Positions 43,007 to 53,764 of a DNA stretch of 64,000 bases are shown piece by piece (position 1 is the stretch's first letter; every line of letters starts with the position of its first letter). The notes under the pieces are model-generated. The model did no database searches. It had not been told where the DNA came from and saw nothing but the letters and a program-made list of their open reading frames with translations. Source of the DNA: an uncultured Planctomycetaceae bacterium (GTDB lineage Bacteria; Planctomycetota; Planctomycetia; Planctomycetales; Planctomycetaceae); assembly GCA_963813715.1 (NCBI GenBank), contig CAWFAK010000012.1:384001-448000 (forward strand), written 5' to 3'. The position numbers were made by a program, and so were the translations under genes.

Positions 43007-43714
43007 ATGTCGCACGCGTTCATTTCGATCGAGGAGCTGGCCGACCGCCTGGGCCGCGATCGGCGCGAAGTCGAAAAGCTCGTCAACCGCGGGCGGATTC
43101 CCGGTCGCAAGGTGGGAGGCATTTGGCAATTCCACCCGACCGAGATTCGCCACTGGGTCGAACAGGAGATGCGCGACTACTCGGAGCCAGAGCTGGCCGC
43201 GCTCGAAGAGGCGCAGCGACCGGCGGGGAGAGCCGAAGAGACGCCGGTGCTCAAGCGGATGGCGCTCGAGACGGTGCAAGTTCCGCTGCTCGGGCGGACG
43301 AAGCGGTCGGTGTTGGAAAGCTTGATCGAAGTCGCCGGGCGCACCTGGCAGATCTGGGAGCCCGCGACCGTCCTCCACGCGGTGCTCGAACGCGAGGAGA
43401 TTTTATCGACCGGATTCGAGAACGGTGTGGCCATTCCGCACCCGCGAAATCCGCTCCCCGACGTGCTGGGCGGATCGGTCGTCGCCTTCGGCCGCACGCT
43501 CTCGGGAATTCCGTTCGGAGCGCCGCGGCGGCAGTTGACCGACGTGTTCTTTCTGGTGCTCTGCCGCGACTCGCGGGCCCATCTCAGTGTGCTGGCCCGG
43601 CTCGGCCGCATGCTTCAGACGGCTGGATTCCTCGACGAACTCCGCGCGGCCGAAACCAGCGACGCGGCCTACGGCGTGATCGCGCGGGCCGACCAGACGC
43701 TCGGCGGCGAGTGA
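43007..43714 (+). CDS. HTH (excisionase/MerR-like) domain fused to a PTS EIIA (Ntr/Fru-type) domain
   Basis: IEELADRLG...GRIPGRKVGG.WQF; RE...STG..NGVAIPHPR (phospho-His), H...LARL. Confidence 0.9.
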   Translation: MSHAFISIEELADRLGRDRREVEKLVNRGRIPGRKVGGIWQFHPTEIRHWVEQEMRDYSEPELAALEEAQRPAGRAEETPVLKRMALETVQVPLLGRTKRSVLESLIEVAGRTWQIWEPATVLHAVLEREEILSTGFENGVAIPHPRNPLPDVLGGSVVAFGRTLSGIPFGAPRRQLTDVFFLVLCRDSRAHLSVLARLGRMLQTAGFLDELRAAETSDAAYGVIARADQTLGGE

Positions 43715-43750
43715 ACGGCTGACCGCCAGTCGAACTCGGAACAGTCAAAA

Positions 43751-44416
43751 TTAGAAGCGGCGAGAATGGTCCTGGCCGAAAGTGGCAAAGCCGGCCGAAT
43801 CGCCCAGCGGATCGACGTGGCCCATGTTGAGGGCAGCCAACGTCTCGTTGATGTCGCGCAGCTCGCGGAGCAGATCGTTGAGATCGTGGTCCCCTTGAGC
43901 CATCACGCGGGGATCGTGCACGACCGGCACGTCGATCGGTTCGGGTAGCGACGGGGCCGCCGCACTACCGGTTTCACTCGTGGCGGCTGCCACGCGCGAT
44001 GACAAATAGATGTTGAGCGCCCGCTCGAGGCTCGTCAGCCAGTCGCCCTTGCGGAAGCGGATTTCGCTGACGGTTTCGCCTTTGGCCATCCGCAGCAGCG
44101 TCTGCTCGAGCCGCACGAGGGGCCCAGCCACGCGATGTGTGCAGCGGATGACGTCCCAGATGAAGATCGGGCCGGCGGCAATCGCCCCGAAGATCAGCAG
44201 CCGATCCTGCCAGGCGAACGCTTCGTAGCGTTCGAGCAGAGTTGGCTGCGCGTCGTCGGCGGTCGGTTGCGACCCTTCCAGGTAGTTCACGAGGAAGAGC
44301 CCGTGAAATAGGAGGACGTTGTAGGCGACCCAACCGATCGCCAATCGGCGAACGAGCGTGCCCTGCAACATCCCGCCCAGGTAGATCTTGCCGCGACGCG
44401 ATTGAAACATGTTCAT
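43751..44416 (-). CDS. Hypothetical 2-TM protein with a HAMP-like segment
   Basis: Two TM helices followed by HRVAGPLVRL...FRKGD. Confidence 0.7.
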   Translation of the reverse strand: MNMFQSRRGKIYLGGMLQGTLVRRLAIGWVAYNVLLFHGLFLVNYLEGSQPTADDAQPTLLERYEAFAWQDRLLIFGAIAAGPIFIWDVIRCTHRVAGPLVRLEQTLLRMAKGETVSEIRFRKGDWLTSLERALNIYLSSRVAAATSETGSAAAPSLPEPIDVPVVHDPRVMAQGDHDLNDLLRELRDINETLAALNMGHVDPLGDSAGFATFGQDHSRRF

Positions 44417-44820
44417 GGATTGGCCACGCTGCGAACGGAATCAGGGGAACGCAGTACCAGCTGTCCTCTCGAACCGGTGTTCGGGCACCGGACCGGCCTC
44501 TGATGTGGCCGTGCTGAAACATAGTTCGCGGGTTGACGTGCCAGCGGTCGAGGAGCAAGTTCGGGCCGGCCGCCTGCCCAAAAAAACGCACGATTCGTGA
44601 CGAATCTACAGGCGGCGCCGTTATGTCCTGGCGGTTTTGACGACTTTAAGGGGGGTAGTGATGAGTGAAATCCCTTAGCGGGTCGCTCGCAGTCGGCGAA
44701 CTTCGCGGACTCGGCTCCGTCGATGGGGTGCTTTTCCGTCGACCCCAATTGAATTACGATGAATTAACAGGCTTCTCTGCGTTTCTCCCCCCTCTTCCTT
44801 CGAACGGAACACGGTCTTCG

Positions 44821-45894
44821 ATGTCCGTGGAGACTGACTTTGCCGGCCACGTTTCCGCGGAATCGGCCGGGCCCTTAATGCCGCAGGCCCCCGAGGCTGC
44901 GACGCAGCAGGAGGCCGGGGCGCCCTCCTCCGAGGCCTGCCCCACTCCGCTCGGCTGGGCGGAGGTCCTCGAATCGTTTCGCGCAGAAAGTACGCCCTGG
45001 ACCGTCGACGTCGGCGGGAGCCTCCTGCAGGGACGGACCTTGGGACACGGGCAGCCGCTCTACTTCTTGAACGGCATCTCCGGCAACTGCGAACTCTTCT
45101 GCCTGTTGGCCTGGCTCTTACGGGACCAGTACCGCTGCGTCCTGTTCGACTATCGCGATCGCGATTCACACGCGGCCAGCGGAGCGAGCGCAAAATCAGA
45201 ACGGCTGACCGTCGAACGGCTGGCCGACGACTTATTGGCCGTCGCCGACGCTCAGCACGATTTCACTTTCTGCGTCTTCGCCGCTCCGTTTGGCAGCTTG
45301 ATCGCACTGGCCGCTCTGGCGGACCATCCGGAGCGCATCGAGCGGGCCGTTCTGCTGGGAGGATTTGCCCGTCGCCGGCTGAGTCGGGTCGAGCGGACTC
45401 TGTGCCGCCTTGGACAGTTGCTGCCGGGCGACCTCTCTCGGGTTCCCCTCCGCGGCACGCTGCAGGTCGCCAGCCACCAGCGGGCGTTCCCGCCGTTTGA
45501 CTACAGCCGGTGGGGGTTTTTCACCGCGAACACCAATCAAACGTCGATCCGCGATCTGGCCGATCGCGCCCGCCTGATGGACCGGACCGATCTGCGTGGC
45601 CGACTGTCGCACGTCAATCGGCCCGTCCTCTTACTGCGCACCGAGCACGAGGGAGCCGTCTCGGCCGCCGGCGAAGACGAGCTCGCGCGGGAGCTGCCGC
45701 GGGCGACCAGCGAATCGATGCCTCTGGCCGGGCAACTCGCGTATCTCACGCATCCTCACCGCGTGGCGAAAGCCGTGCGATCGTTTCTGGGAGGGGCGAC
45801 TTTTGAGCCTCGGCCCGCCTGCGAAGCGCTCGGACTCGACAATTCCTGCGGTGCCGACCATAAAGATGAATCCCATGACCGACGCAGCGCCTGA
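44821..45894 (+). CDS. Alpha/beta hydrolase-fold protein, apparently lacking the catalytic Ser and His
   Basis: [58 protein letters not shown]. Confidence 0.75.
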   Translation: MSVETDFAGHVSAESAGPLMPQAPEAATQQEAGAPSSEACPTPLGWAEVLESFRAESTPWTVDVGGSLLQGRTLGHGQPLYFLNGISGNCELFCLLAWLLRDQYRCVLFDYRDRDSHAASGASAKSERLTVERLADDLLAVADAQHDFTFCVFAAPFGSLIALAALADHPERIERAVLLGGFARRRLSRVERTLCRLGQLLPGDLSRVPLRGTLQVASHQRAFPPFDYSRWGFFTANTNQTSIRDLADRARLMDRTDLRGRLSHVNRPVLLLRTEHEGAVSAAGEDELARELPRATSESMPLAGQLAYLTHPHRVAKAVRSFLGGATFEPRPACEALGLDNSCGADHKDESHDRRSA

Positions 45895-46642
45895 CAAACT
45901 CGATTTGATCGCCGTCGGAGCCCATCCGGACGACGTGGAGATTGCCTGCGGTGGCACGCTCGCGCGGCTGGTCCAACAGGGCTACAAGGTCGGCATCGTC
46001 GACCTGACCGACGGCGAGCCGACACCGCTGAGCCCCGGGCCGGACGTCCGACTGGCCGAAGCCCGCGAGGCCGCCCGCATCCTGGGTGTGCAGGTCCGGG
46101 TCACGCTGGAGCTGCCCAACCGCAAGCTGTTCGACTCGTTCGAGGCGCGGGTGGCGCTGGCGAAGGTCTTTCGGAAATATCGGCCGACGATCGTGATGGG
46201 CATTCACGACAAAACGCCGATGGCTTCGCCCGATCACTGGCAGGCGATGCAGATCACCGACGCCGGCATCTTCTATTCGCGGCTGACCAAGTGGGATGAC
46301 CAATTCGATAATCTGCCGCCGCACACGGTGAAGCACCAACTCTGGTTCCCGCTCGGCTTTCCGTTGGCGCGATCGCAACCGACTTCTCAGTTTGTCGTGG
46401 ATATTTCCGAGACGCTGTCGTTAAAATTGCAAGCGATCCGAGCCTACAAGACCCAGTTCCCTCCGACCAAAGAGCGGGTTTACCCTCTCATCGAGAGCTA
46501 CAACCGTCTCTATGGGCAGAATGCCGGGTTTGAGGCCGGCGAACTGTTCTATGCCACGTCTCTCCTGGGTGTGAAGGACCTCGTGCATTTCATTTCCGTT
46601 CGCACGCCGCAGCGCACGCCTTTGGAGCGCACCGAAGGATGA
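45875..46642 (+). CDS. PIG-L family deacetylase (BshB1-like)
   Basis: [30 protein letters not shown]...K..AI.AY.TQF. Confidence 0.9.
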   Translation: MTDAAPDKLDLIAVGAHPDDVEIACGGTLARLVQQGYKVGIVDLTDGEPTPLSPGPDVRLAEAREAARILGVQVRVTLELPNRKLFDSFEARVALAKVFRKYRPTIVMGIHDKTPMASPDHWQAMQITDAGIFYSRLTKWDDQFDNLPPHTVKHQLWFPLGFPLARSQPTSQFVVDISETLSLKLQAIRAYKTQFPPTKERVYPLIESYNRLYGQNAGFEAGELFYATSLLGVKDLVHFISVRTPQRTPLERTEG

Positions 46643-46790
46643 TCGCCCACCGTCGACCTTATCCCACGGATGGCCACAAATCACCTCTCGGTGTCACACG
46701 CAGGGCCTGAGAATTGCACAGCCCGGGAAGCAATCGACTTCAACTGCCGGATCGACCCGCGCTGACTTTCGATATCGCATGGTAATCACA

Positions 46791-47528
46791 ATGCAGCTTC
46801 GCTGGGGTTTACGAACCATCACCGGCGATTACCGGGACAATAACGAAGATCGCGGCCTGGCCGACGAGCGGGGACGGTATTTCATCATCTGCGACGGGAT
46901 GGGCGGCCAGGCAGCCGGCGAAAAAGCCAGCGAGATGACCGTCAAGCTGGTCTCCGACTACCTGGAAAAGCACCTCGACTTCGAGAAGGCCACCTCCGAA
47001 AAAGTCCGGCAAACCGTCGACGACGCGGTCCGCAACGCCAACGGGGAGATCATGGCCCTGGGCGAGGTTGACCCGCTCATGTGCAAGATGGGGACGACCA
47101 TCGTGTTCCTCTTGTGTGTGGGTGGCAAAATCTATGTCGGCGGCGTGGGCGACAGTCCGGCCTTCCGGGTGGCGGGCGGCAAAATCGAGAAGCTGACCAA
47201 GGACCATTCGCTCACGCAGGCCCTGGTCGACGCCGGCACCATCACCCCCGACGAGGCCCGCACCCACCGCTTTAAGAACGTCCTCTGGCGGTACATCGGC
47301 ACCAAAGAGGGGGGAACCGGCACCGACCCCAAGGAATTCCCCGTCGCCCCCGGTGAACGCTTCCTGCTCTGCTCCGACGGGGCCGTCGACGGCGTGTCCA
47401 TCGACCAACTGAAGGCCCTGCTCGAGAAGGCGAACGACCCGCAGACCGCGGCCGACGCCGTCGTCGAAACCGCCCGCACGGCCGGCTCGCAGGACAACAT
47501 CACCTCGCTGGTCGTGTTCGTCGGTTGA
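46791..47528 (+). CDS. PP2C-family Ser/Thr protein phosphatase
   Basis: RDNNED, CDGMGG, MGTT, VGDS, LTKDHS, LLCSDG, GSQDNIT. Confidence 0.95.
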   Translation: MQLRWGLRTITGDYRDNNEDRGLADERGRYFIICDGMGGQAAGEKASEMTVKLVSDYLEKHLDFEKATSEKVRQTVDDAVRNANGEIMALGEVDPLMCKMGTTIVFLLCVGGKIYVGGVGDSPAFRVAGGKIEKLTKDHSLTQALVDAGTITPDEARTHRFKNVLWRYIGTKEGGTGTDPKEFPVAPGERFLLCSDGAVDGVSIDQLKALLEKANDPQTAADAVVETARTAGSQDNITSLVVFVG

Positions 47529-48008
47529 CGGGGCCCTCGCCCCGGTTCGGCTGACGGGCCGTTGGCCCTGGGTTGGCTGACTACTCGGCCGGCCGACAGT
47601 CCAGGCTCCGCCTGCTCCCATCCGCCCGCCGGCCCCCCGCTCGGTGATGCGTTTTGGCAACATGCCGGTATGTTCGCTTCAGGAGCGCCAGTTGGGGCAC
47701 TGCGCTTTCCCGGACGAGCGGTCAACTCCGTTTCCTTGGCCAGATTTCCCAGCCGGACCGGGCTGGCTCTTGTGCAGAACCTCTTGAAACGCGGTAAGAT
47801 TGCGAACGCTGGCAGACTCGATCAAAATAACAGAAGCTGCTGAAATTCTGGCCTTTTGCGTGCTAGTGCACCAGCACTTCCGCGGGTCGCATCGTACACG
47901 TTGTCGGCATGAGTCGGTAAAGTTGGGGGATTAGGCTTAGACAGTTGAGTGTAACGGTTGGGCGAAATCCCTCGGGTGAATAGACCCCGTTTAGTTTGGA
48001 GTTGGCTT

Positions 48009-50714
48009 ATGAAATCGGGCTCCCGATTTCTTCTCGCGTCGTTCATTCTGACCCTCGGCCTCGGGACGCGCGAGACCGCGCACGCCCAGCACCCGTCGCT
48101 GGCGGCCATCGCGGCCGCCAAGTCAGCGACTGCCAGCTCCGAGCGTCCCAAATCGAAGCTCGACCTGGTCACCGAAGGCATGAAGACGGCCGGCGAAAAC
48201 GGTCTCTTCAAGATGTGGTACAACGATCAGCGCCTGCTGATCCTCATCAAGTCGAGCGACCTCGATAAGGAATTCATCGTCCTCACCTCGATCGCCAAGG
48301 GTATCAGCCGCAACGACGTCATCGGCGGCATGTACCTGGGCTTCGACGACGACGTGATCTGGGTCTTCAAGAAAGTCGGCGACAACCTGCACATCGTGCG
48401 GCGCAATGTCCGCTTCCTCGCCAGTCCGGGCACTCCCGAAGCCGACGCCGTCTCGATGGCCTACAGCGACAGCGTGCTCTACTCGCTGCCCATCGTCACC
48501 GATGCCGAGGGCGGGCACGTGGTCGACTTCACCCGCGCCTTCATGAACGACGACCAGATGATCGGCCGTTCGATCGGCGCACCCGGGCCCCCGTTCCACT
48601 TCGTCTCCGACCGCTCGACGTGGGCCAAGGTCAAAGTTTTCAAAGACAATGCCGAGCTCCGCGTGGCGGCCGTCTATAGCGGCATGCAAAACCTGCAGAC
48701 GGTCATCGATCCGCGGGGCGTGCAGATTCAGGTCCACTACGGCATCAGCCGTCTTCCCGCCACCGATTATCGCCCGCGGAAGGCGGACGATCGCGTGGGC
48801 TACTTCCTCACCGTCCGCAAGAACTTCTCCGACAAGGAAGACGACCAGCACTTTGTCCGCTACATCAACCGCTGGAACCTCAAGAAGGAATCGCCCGAAA
48901 GCACCATCTCGGCCCCGGTGAAGCCGATCAAGTTCTATATCGAAGACACCGTTCCCAAGAACCTGCGGCCGTACGTCGCCGAGGGCATTCTCGAGTGGAA
49001 CAAGGCCTTCGAGAAGCTGGGCTATTACAACGCGATCCACGTCGAACAGCCGGGCGACTACGAAAAGTACAAAGAAGACATCGATCCGGAAGACATCAAC
49101 TACAACTTCTTCCGCTGGATCACGGCGGAGGCCGGTTTCGCGATCGGGCCTTCCCGTGTGAATCCCAAGACGGGCGAAATCCTCGACGCCGACATTCTCT
49201 TCGACGACGGCTTCCTGCGGTATTGGAAGCAAGAGTACGAGGTGATGACGCCGCAGACGCTGGCAGAGCTGTTCGGGCATCCGACCGCCAGGCTCGCCGA
49301 CGCGAACAAGCTGTTCGAAGAGGCCCATCAGGCACTGGAGCACGGTGCGAGCTGCCGGTGCACGTATTGTCGCGGCATGCAGCACCAGATGGGCTTTGCC
49401 GCCTCGGTGCTGATGGCCAAGGGGGCGACTGACGACAAGGGCAAGCTGCCCGAAGAATTCGTCCACCAGGCCCTCAAAGAAGTCGTGATGCACGAGGTCG
49501 GCCACACGCTCGGCCTGCGGCATAACTTCAAGGCCAGCGCGTGGAAAGATCTCAAGGAGATCAACGACAAGGCCAAGGCGCCGGGCCAGGCGACCGTTGG
49601 CAGCGTGATGGACTACGCTCCGCCCAATATCACGCCGGCCGGCGTCACCCAGGGTTACTACTACACGCCCACGATCGGTCCCTACGACTACTGGGCCATC
49701 GAATATGGCTACAAGGAATTCTCCGGCAGCGAATCGACCGAGCTGGCCAAGGTCGCGGCCCGCGGCACCGAGCCGGCCCTGCAATACGCGACAGACGAGG
49801 ACGTCTTCTTCGGCAGCGACCCGCTGGTCAACTTGTTCGACCTCGGGCACGATCCGATGGATTTCGCCAATCGCCAGATGAAGCTGAGCACAGAGCTGAT
49901 GCCCAAGCTGCTCGAACGCTCGGTGAAGAAGGGTGAGGGCTACCAGAAAGCCCGCCAGGCCTTCAACAAGATGTTCCAGGAATACTGGCGGACGGCTCAA
50001 TATGCGGCCAAGTTCCCCGGCGGCGTATTCGTGAACCGCGACCACGACGGCGACCCGAATCAGCGTCCGCCCTTCACCATGGTGGACGTCAAGCAACAGC
50101 GCGAGGGGATGAAGCTGCTGGCCGAACACGTCTTCAGCGCACCCAAGTACGATCCGAAGCTGCTCAACTACCTGCCGGCGAGCCACTGGCTGCACTGGGG
50201 CATGGTGTTCCCGTCGCGTCTCGATTACCCGATTTACGAGACGGTTGGCGCCATGCAGGAATTCATCCTGTTCGATCTGCTCAATGCGCGAACTCTGCAG
50301 CGCCTCCACGACAACGAGTTGAAGGTCGTCGGCGACGGGGACCGCTACACCATGGCCGAACACGTGCGGACGCTCGTCGAGGCGATCTTCTCCGAGTGGA
50401 AAGAGGCCAAGCCGGGCAAGTACACGGATTCGACACCGTTCATCGCCGGCTTCCGCCGCAACCTGCAGCGGATGGCGCTGAGCGATCTGGCGTTCTTCGT
50501 GCAGGAATCGTTCAGCGGTCCGGAAGACATTCGGACGCTGGCGCGTATGCACCTCACCGCGCTTGACCAGCAGCTTTCGGCGCTGTTGCAGCCGACTGAT
50601 CCGAAACTCAAGGACCTCAAGCTCGACGATTACTCGCGCGCCCATCTGCTGGATTCGCAGAAGCGGATCCATCAGATTCTCAACGCGCAGTTGATCCTGC
50701 AATCCGTGGATTGA
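48009..50714 (+). CDS. Secreted zinc metalloprotease (EcxA-like metzincin; DUF5117/DUF4953 type)
   Basis: Signal peptide, PRKADDRVGYF, YINRWNL, NPKTGEILDADI, HEVGHTLGLRHNF, Met-turn SVMDY. Confidence 0.9.
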   Translation: MKSGSRFLLASFILTLGLGTRETAHAQHPSLAAIAAAKSATASSERPKSKLDLVTEGMKTAGENGLFKMWYNDQRLLILIKSSDLDKEFIVLTSIAKGISRNDVIGGMYLGFDDDVIWVFKKVGDNLHIVRRNVRFLASPGTPEADAVSMAYSDSVLYSLPIVTDAEGGHVVDFTRAFMNDDQMIGRSIGAPGPPFHFVSDRSTWAKVKVFKDNAELRVAAVYSGMQNLQTVIDPRGVQIQVHYGISRLPATDYRPRKADDRVGYFLTVRKNFSDKEDDQHFVRYINRWNLKKESPESTISAPVKPIKFYIEDTVPKNLRPYVAEGILEWNKAFEKLGYYNAIHVEQPGDYEKYKEDIDPEDINYNFFRWITAEAGFAIGPSRVNPKTGEILDADILFDDGFLRYWKQEYEVMTPQTLAELFGHPTARLADANKLFEEAHQALEHGASCRCTYCRGMQHQMGFAASVLMAKGATDDKGKLPEEFVHQALKEVVMHEVGHTLGLRHNFKASAWKDLKEINDKAKAPGQATVGSVMDYAPPNITPAGVTQGYYYTPTIGPYDYWAIEYGYKEFSGSESTELAKVAARGTEPALQYATDEDVFFGSDPLVNLFDLGHDPMDFANRQMKLSTELMPKLLERSVKKGEGYQKARQAFNKMFQEYWRTAQYAAKFPGGVFVNRDHDGDPNQRPPFTMVDVKQQREGMKLLAEHVFSAPKYDPKLLNYLPASHWLHWGMVFPSRLDYPIYETVGAMQEFILFDLLNARTLQRLHDNELKVVGDGDRYTMAEHVRTLVEAIFSEWKEAKPGKYTDSTPFIAGFRRNLQRMALSDLAFFVQESFSGPEDIRTLARMHLTALDQQLSALLQPTDPKLKDLKLDDYSRAHLLDSQKRIHQILNAQLILQSVD

Positions 50715-50720
50715 TCGTTC

Positions 50721-52277
50721 ATGAATGGACGCCGGACGGCGATCGGCTTCACGCTGGTGGCGGCCGGGTCCCTTGCGGTTCTGTGGCTCTCGAACCTGCC
50801 GCTGGGCGTCCCCGGCGAATGGGAATGGGATCGCATTCCCGTCGCGCGGGGCGAGTGGCTGGCCCTCGTCCTGGGATGGCTGTCGGCTGGCCTGGTCGGC
50901 GGTCTCTACGTCGCGCTTCACGCTCTTGGGCTCTCGGCGAATTGGTGGCGCGTCGCGCGGGCTGGTGGCCGCCTGGCTGGCCGCCGCTCACTGTCGGCGG
51001 CTTTGCCTGGCTGTGGGTCGTGCAAGACAGCCCAGCCGATCCCGCGTTCGGGATGGCGAAGACCGGGTGGGTGCTCTACTTCCGCGGCACCGAGGGCTAC
51101 TTCGACCAGGCCCGCTACGAGATGCGGGACGTCTCCTCGTACCTGCGAGGGTACGAGCGACTGATGGCGCAGGGGGACGTGCTGCACCTGGGCACGCATC
51201 CTCCCGGACTGATTCTCTTTCACCGCGCGTGCCTCAACGCGTGCACCGATTCGCCCGCTCTTCGCGAACTGTTGCTGCGGACGCAGCCCGCGTCGTTTCG
51301 CGAGGCGATCGATCAGACCGAAGAATTCAATCGCGGGACTGACCACGCCCTGACGCCGAATGATCGGGCCGCCCTGTGGCTGGCCGCCTTGATCACGCAG
51401 GCCGTGGCCGCGGCGGCGCTCGTTCCGATTTATTTGCTCGTGCGGCGGGATCATCCGCAGCCGATCGCCTGGCTGGCAGCGGCGATCTGGCCGCTCGTGC
51501 CAGCGCTCGCCATCTTTCTGCCGAAGTCCGACTCGCTCTTACCTTGCTTGGGCGCACTCTTTCTGTGGCTCTGGCTCGACGGATTTCGGCACGGACGGCT
51601 GGTGTTTTGTTTTCTGGCCGGCGCCCTCTTTTGGCTGACGATGTTTGTGAGCCTGGCCGTACTGCCGATCGCGGCCGCCGCTTTCTTGCTCACGCTGTGG
51701 GAAGGCGCAGCTGTGCGCGAAAGCCGAACGTCCCGTGCTCCGCGTTCGCGATTGGGCCGCGCGAATCGGCGCCGCGGCCGTCGGCTGGGCGATTCCCGTC
51801 GGACTCCTGGCGCTCGCCGGAGTCAACCTGCTCCGCGTCTGGAGCTGGAACTATCACAATCATGCCGGCTTCTATCAGCAGAACGTGCGAACCTACGGGC
51901 GCTGGCTCATTGCCAATCCGATCGAACTCGCCTTCGCCTTCGGCGCGCCGCTGGCGTTCGCGGCGATTTTGGGAATCGCGTTCGCGATTCGCGCCGGCTG
52001 GCGTCGACGGGCGGCGGGCCCAGCCTGGTGCCTGACTGCCGTCTGGGTCTTGCTCTGGCTCTCGGGAAAAAACATGGGGGAGGCCGCGCGGCTCTGGCTG
52101 ATCCTCATGCCGTGGGCGGCCTGGTTGTCGGCGGGCTACTTCGAAGCGATGCTCAATCCGCACGCGCCGCCGGCAGAAGGCCGAGTTTCGCTGTGGCCGG
52201 CGCTCGCGCTCCTGGCGCTGCAGCTCGTGGTCTGCTTGGGGACGGTGACGCGGGTGACCGGCTTTCGCTGGAGCTAG
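50721..52277 (+). CDS. Polytopic membrane protein, probable GT-C-type glycosyltransferase (frameshifts near 50935 and 51740)
   Basis: Multiple TM segments across three ORFs; GYF, THPPG, PKSD, GEAARLW motifs. Confidence 0.6.
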
Positions 52278-52325
52278 TCCGCGCAAGTTTCGCGGTGCGC
52301 CATCGGATTTTTTGGAATTTTGTGA

Positions 52326-52367
52326 TTGCGTCGCCGCCGCACCATTTGTATGGTTGTACTAATACAA
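52326..52367 (+). promoter_or_regulatory. sigma70 promoter with an overlapping YtrA-type operator palindrome
   Basis: TTGCGT-N17-TATGGT; dyad TTGTAT-N10-ATACAA at 52346-52367. Confidence 0.75.
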
Positions 52368-52404
52368 TTTAGATCGGTCGGTTTCTCGCGGGCGGCTCTT
52401 TCGC

Positions 52405-52815
52405 GTGCAAATTCACATTTCCTCCAGCGACGGCGTGGCGATCTACTTGCAGATCGTCAACCAGGTCAAATACCTGGTCGCCTCGGGGCGTTTGACGCCG
52501 GGGGCTGAGCTGCCGCCGATCCGCGTGCTGGCCGAGCGGCTTTTGATCAATCCCAGCACCGTCGCCCGCGCGTATCGCGAGCTGGAGGCCGCCGGCATCG
52601 TGGAGAAGCGGCGCACGGCCGGGACCTACGTCTCCGACCAGGGGTCGCCGCTGGCCCGCCGGGAGCGGATGAAGATTCTCTCCGAGCGTGTCGATGCCCT
52701 GTTGGCTGAAGCCCGACAGATGAATATCACCTTGGAAGACGTCATTAAGCTGATCGAGCAACGCAACGCGGTCCTGCAAGCGTCGGCCGCTAAGAGCGAT
52801 TCTGTCGAGGAATGA
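52405..52815 (+). CDS. GntR family (YtrA subfamily) regulator
   Basis: IYLQIVNQVK...LPPIRVLA...INPSTVARAYRELE..G; short C-terminus; upstream of an ABC ATPase. Confidence 0.93.
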   Translation: MQIHISSSDGVAIYLQIVNQVKYLVASGRLTPGAELPPIRVLAERLLINPSTVARAYRELEAAGIVEKRRTAGTYVSDQGSPLARRERMKILSERVDALLAEARQMNITLEDVIKLIEQRNAVLQASAAKSDSVEE

Positions 52816-53720
52816 CCATGCACGATCCCCTCCCCTCCGCTGCCCCGCCGATTGTCGACATTCGCCGACTGACCCGGCAGTTCGGCAACAAGACGGCCCT
52901 CGACGACGTCTCGCTCACCGTGCCTCGCGGCGGCGTGTTCGGCCTGATCGGCGGCAACGGTGCCGGCAAAACGACGATGATCAAGCACATCCTCGGACTG
53001 CTCAAGGCCCAATCGGGAACCGTGCGCGTCTTCGGGCTCGACCCGGTCGCCAATCCGGTCGGCACGCTGGGACGCATTGGCTATCTGTCTGAAAACCGCG
53101 ATCTGCCCGAGTGGATGTGCGTCTGCGAACTGATGCGCTATACGCAGGCTTTCTTCCCCAATTGGGACGAGGCCTATGCCGAGGAGTTGCGACAAGCCTT
53201 CGATCTCGATCCCAACGCCCGGATCAAGACACTCTCGCGCGGCCAGCGGGCCCGCGCCGGACTGCTCGTGGCCCTCGCCCATCGGCCCGAGTTGCTGGTG
53301 CTCGACGAGCCCTCTTCCGGCCTCGATCCGGTAGTCCGCCGCGACATTCTGGGGGCCATCATCCGCACCATCGCCGACGAGGGACGGACCGTGCTCTTCT
53401 CGTCGCATCTGTTGGATGAAGTCGAACGCGTGGCCGACCGCGTGGCCATCATCCACCAGGGGCGAATTCTGCTCACCGCGCCGATGGAAGAAATCAAGGA
53501 CACCCACCGCCGCGTGACCCTGCGCTTCGGCCAGCCGCTCGACCGTCCGCCGTCGCTCGTGGGCACCCTTTCCTTCGAGGGCCAGGGGCACGAGTGGACC
53601 TACATCTGCAGCGGCGAGAGCGGCCAGTTGCGGCGGGCCGCGGAAGCGATCGGCGCCACGGTCGTCGACGACGCGGCCCTCTCGCTCGACGAGATCTTCG
53701 TCTCGCGCGTGTTGAACTGA
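52812..53720 (+). CDS. ABC transporter ATP-binding protein
   Basis: GGNGAGKT, LSRGQ, LVLDEP, SSH. Confidence 0.95.
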   Translation: MTMHDPLPSAAPPIVDIRRLTRQFGNKTALDDVSLTVPRGGVFGLIGGNGAGKTTMIKHILGLLKAQSGTVRVFGLDPVANPVGTLGRIGYLSENRDLPEWMCVCELMRYTQAFFPNWDEAYAEELRQAFDLDPNARIKTLSRGQRARAGLLVALAHRPELLVLDEPSSGLDPVVRRDILGAIIRTIADEGRTVLFSSHLLDEVERVADRVAIIHQGRILLTAPMEEIKDTHRRVTLRFGQPLDRPPSLVGTLSFEGQGHEWTYICSGESGQLRRAAEAIGATVVDDAALSLDEIFVSRVLN

Positions 53721-53764
53721 CGTTGCCCGTCTGAAAGTGCCAAGAGAATAACGCAGGAATCGCG

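Noticed and set aside
47849..47864. sigma54-like TGGCCTTTTGCGTGCT upstream of the metalloprotease
   Set aside because: Correct spacing but poor match outside GG/GC and isolated from the cluster; could be chance.
48123..50921. Long antisense ORFs (932 aa here; also 30418..32166, 27530..28831, 48..581)
   Set aside because: Shadows of strongly codon-biased genes on the opposite strand in high-GC DNA; no recognisable motifs.
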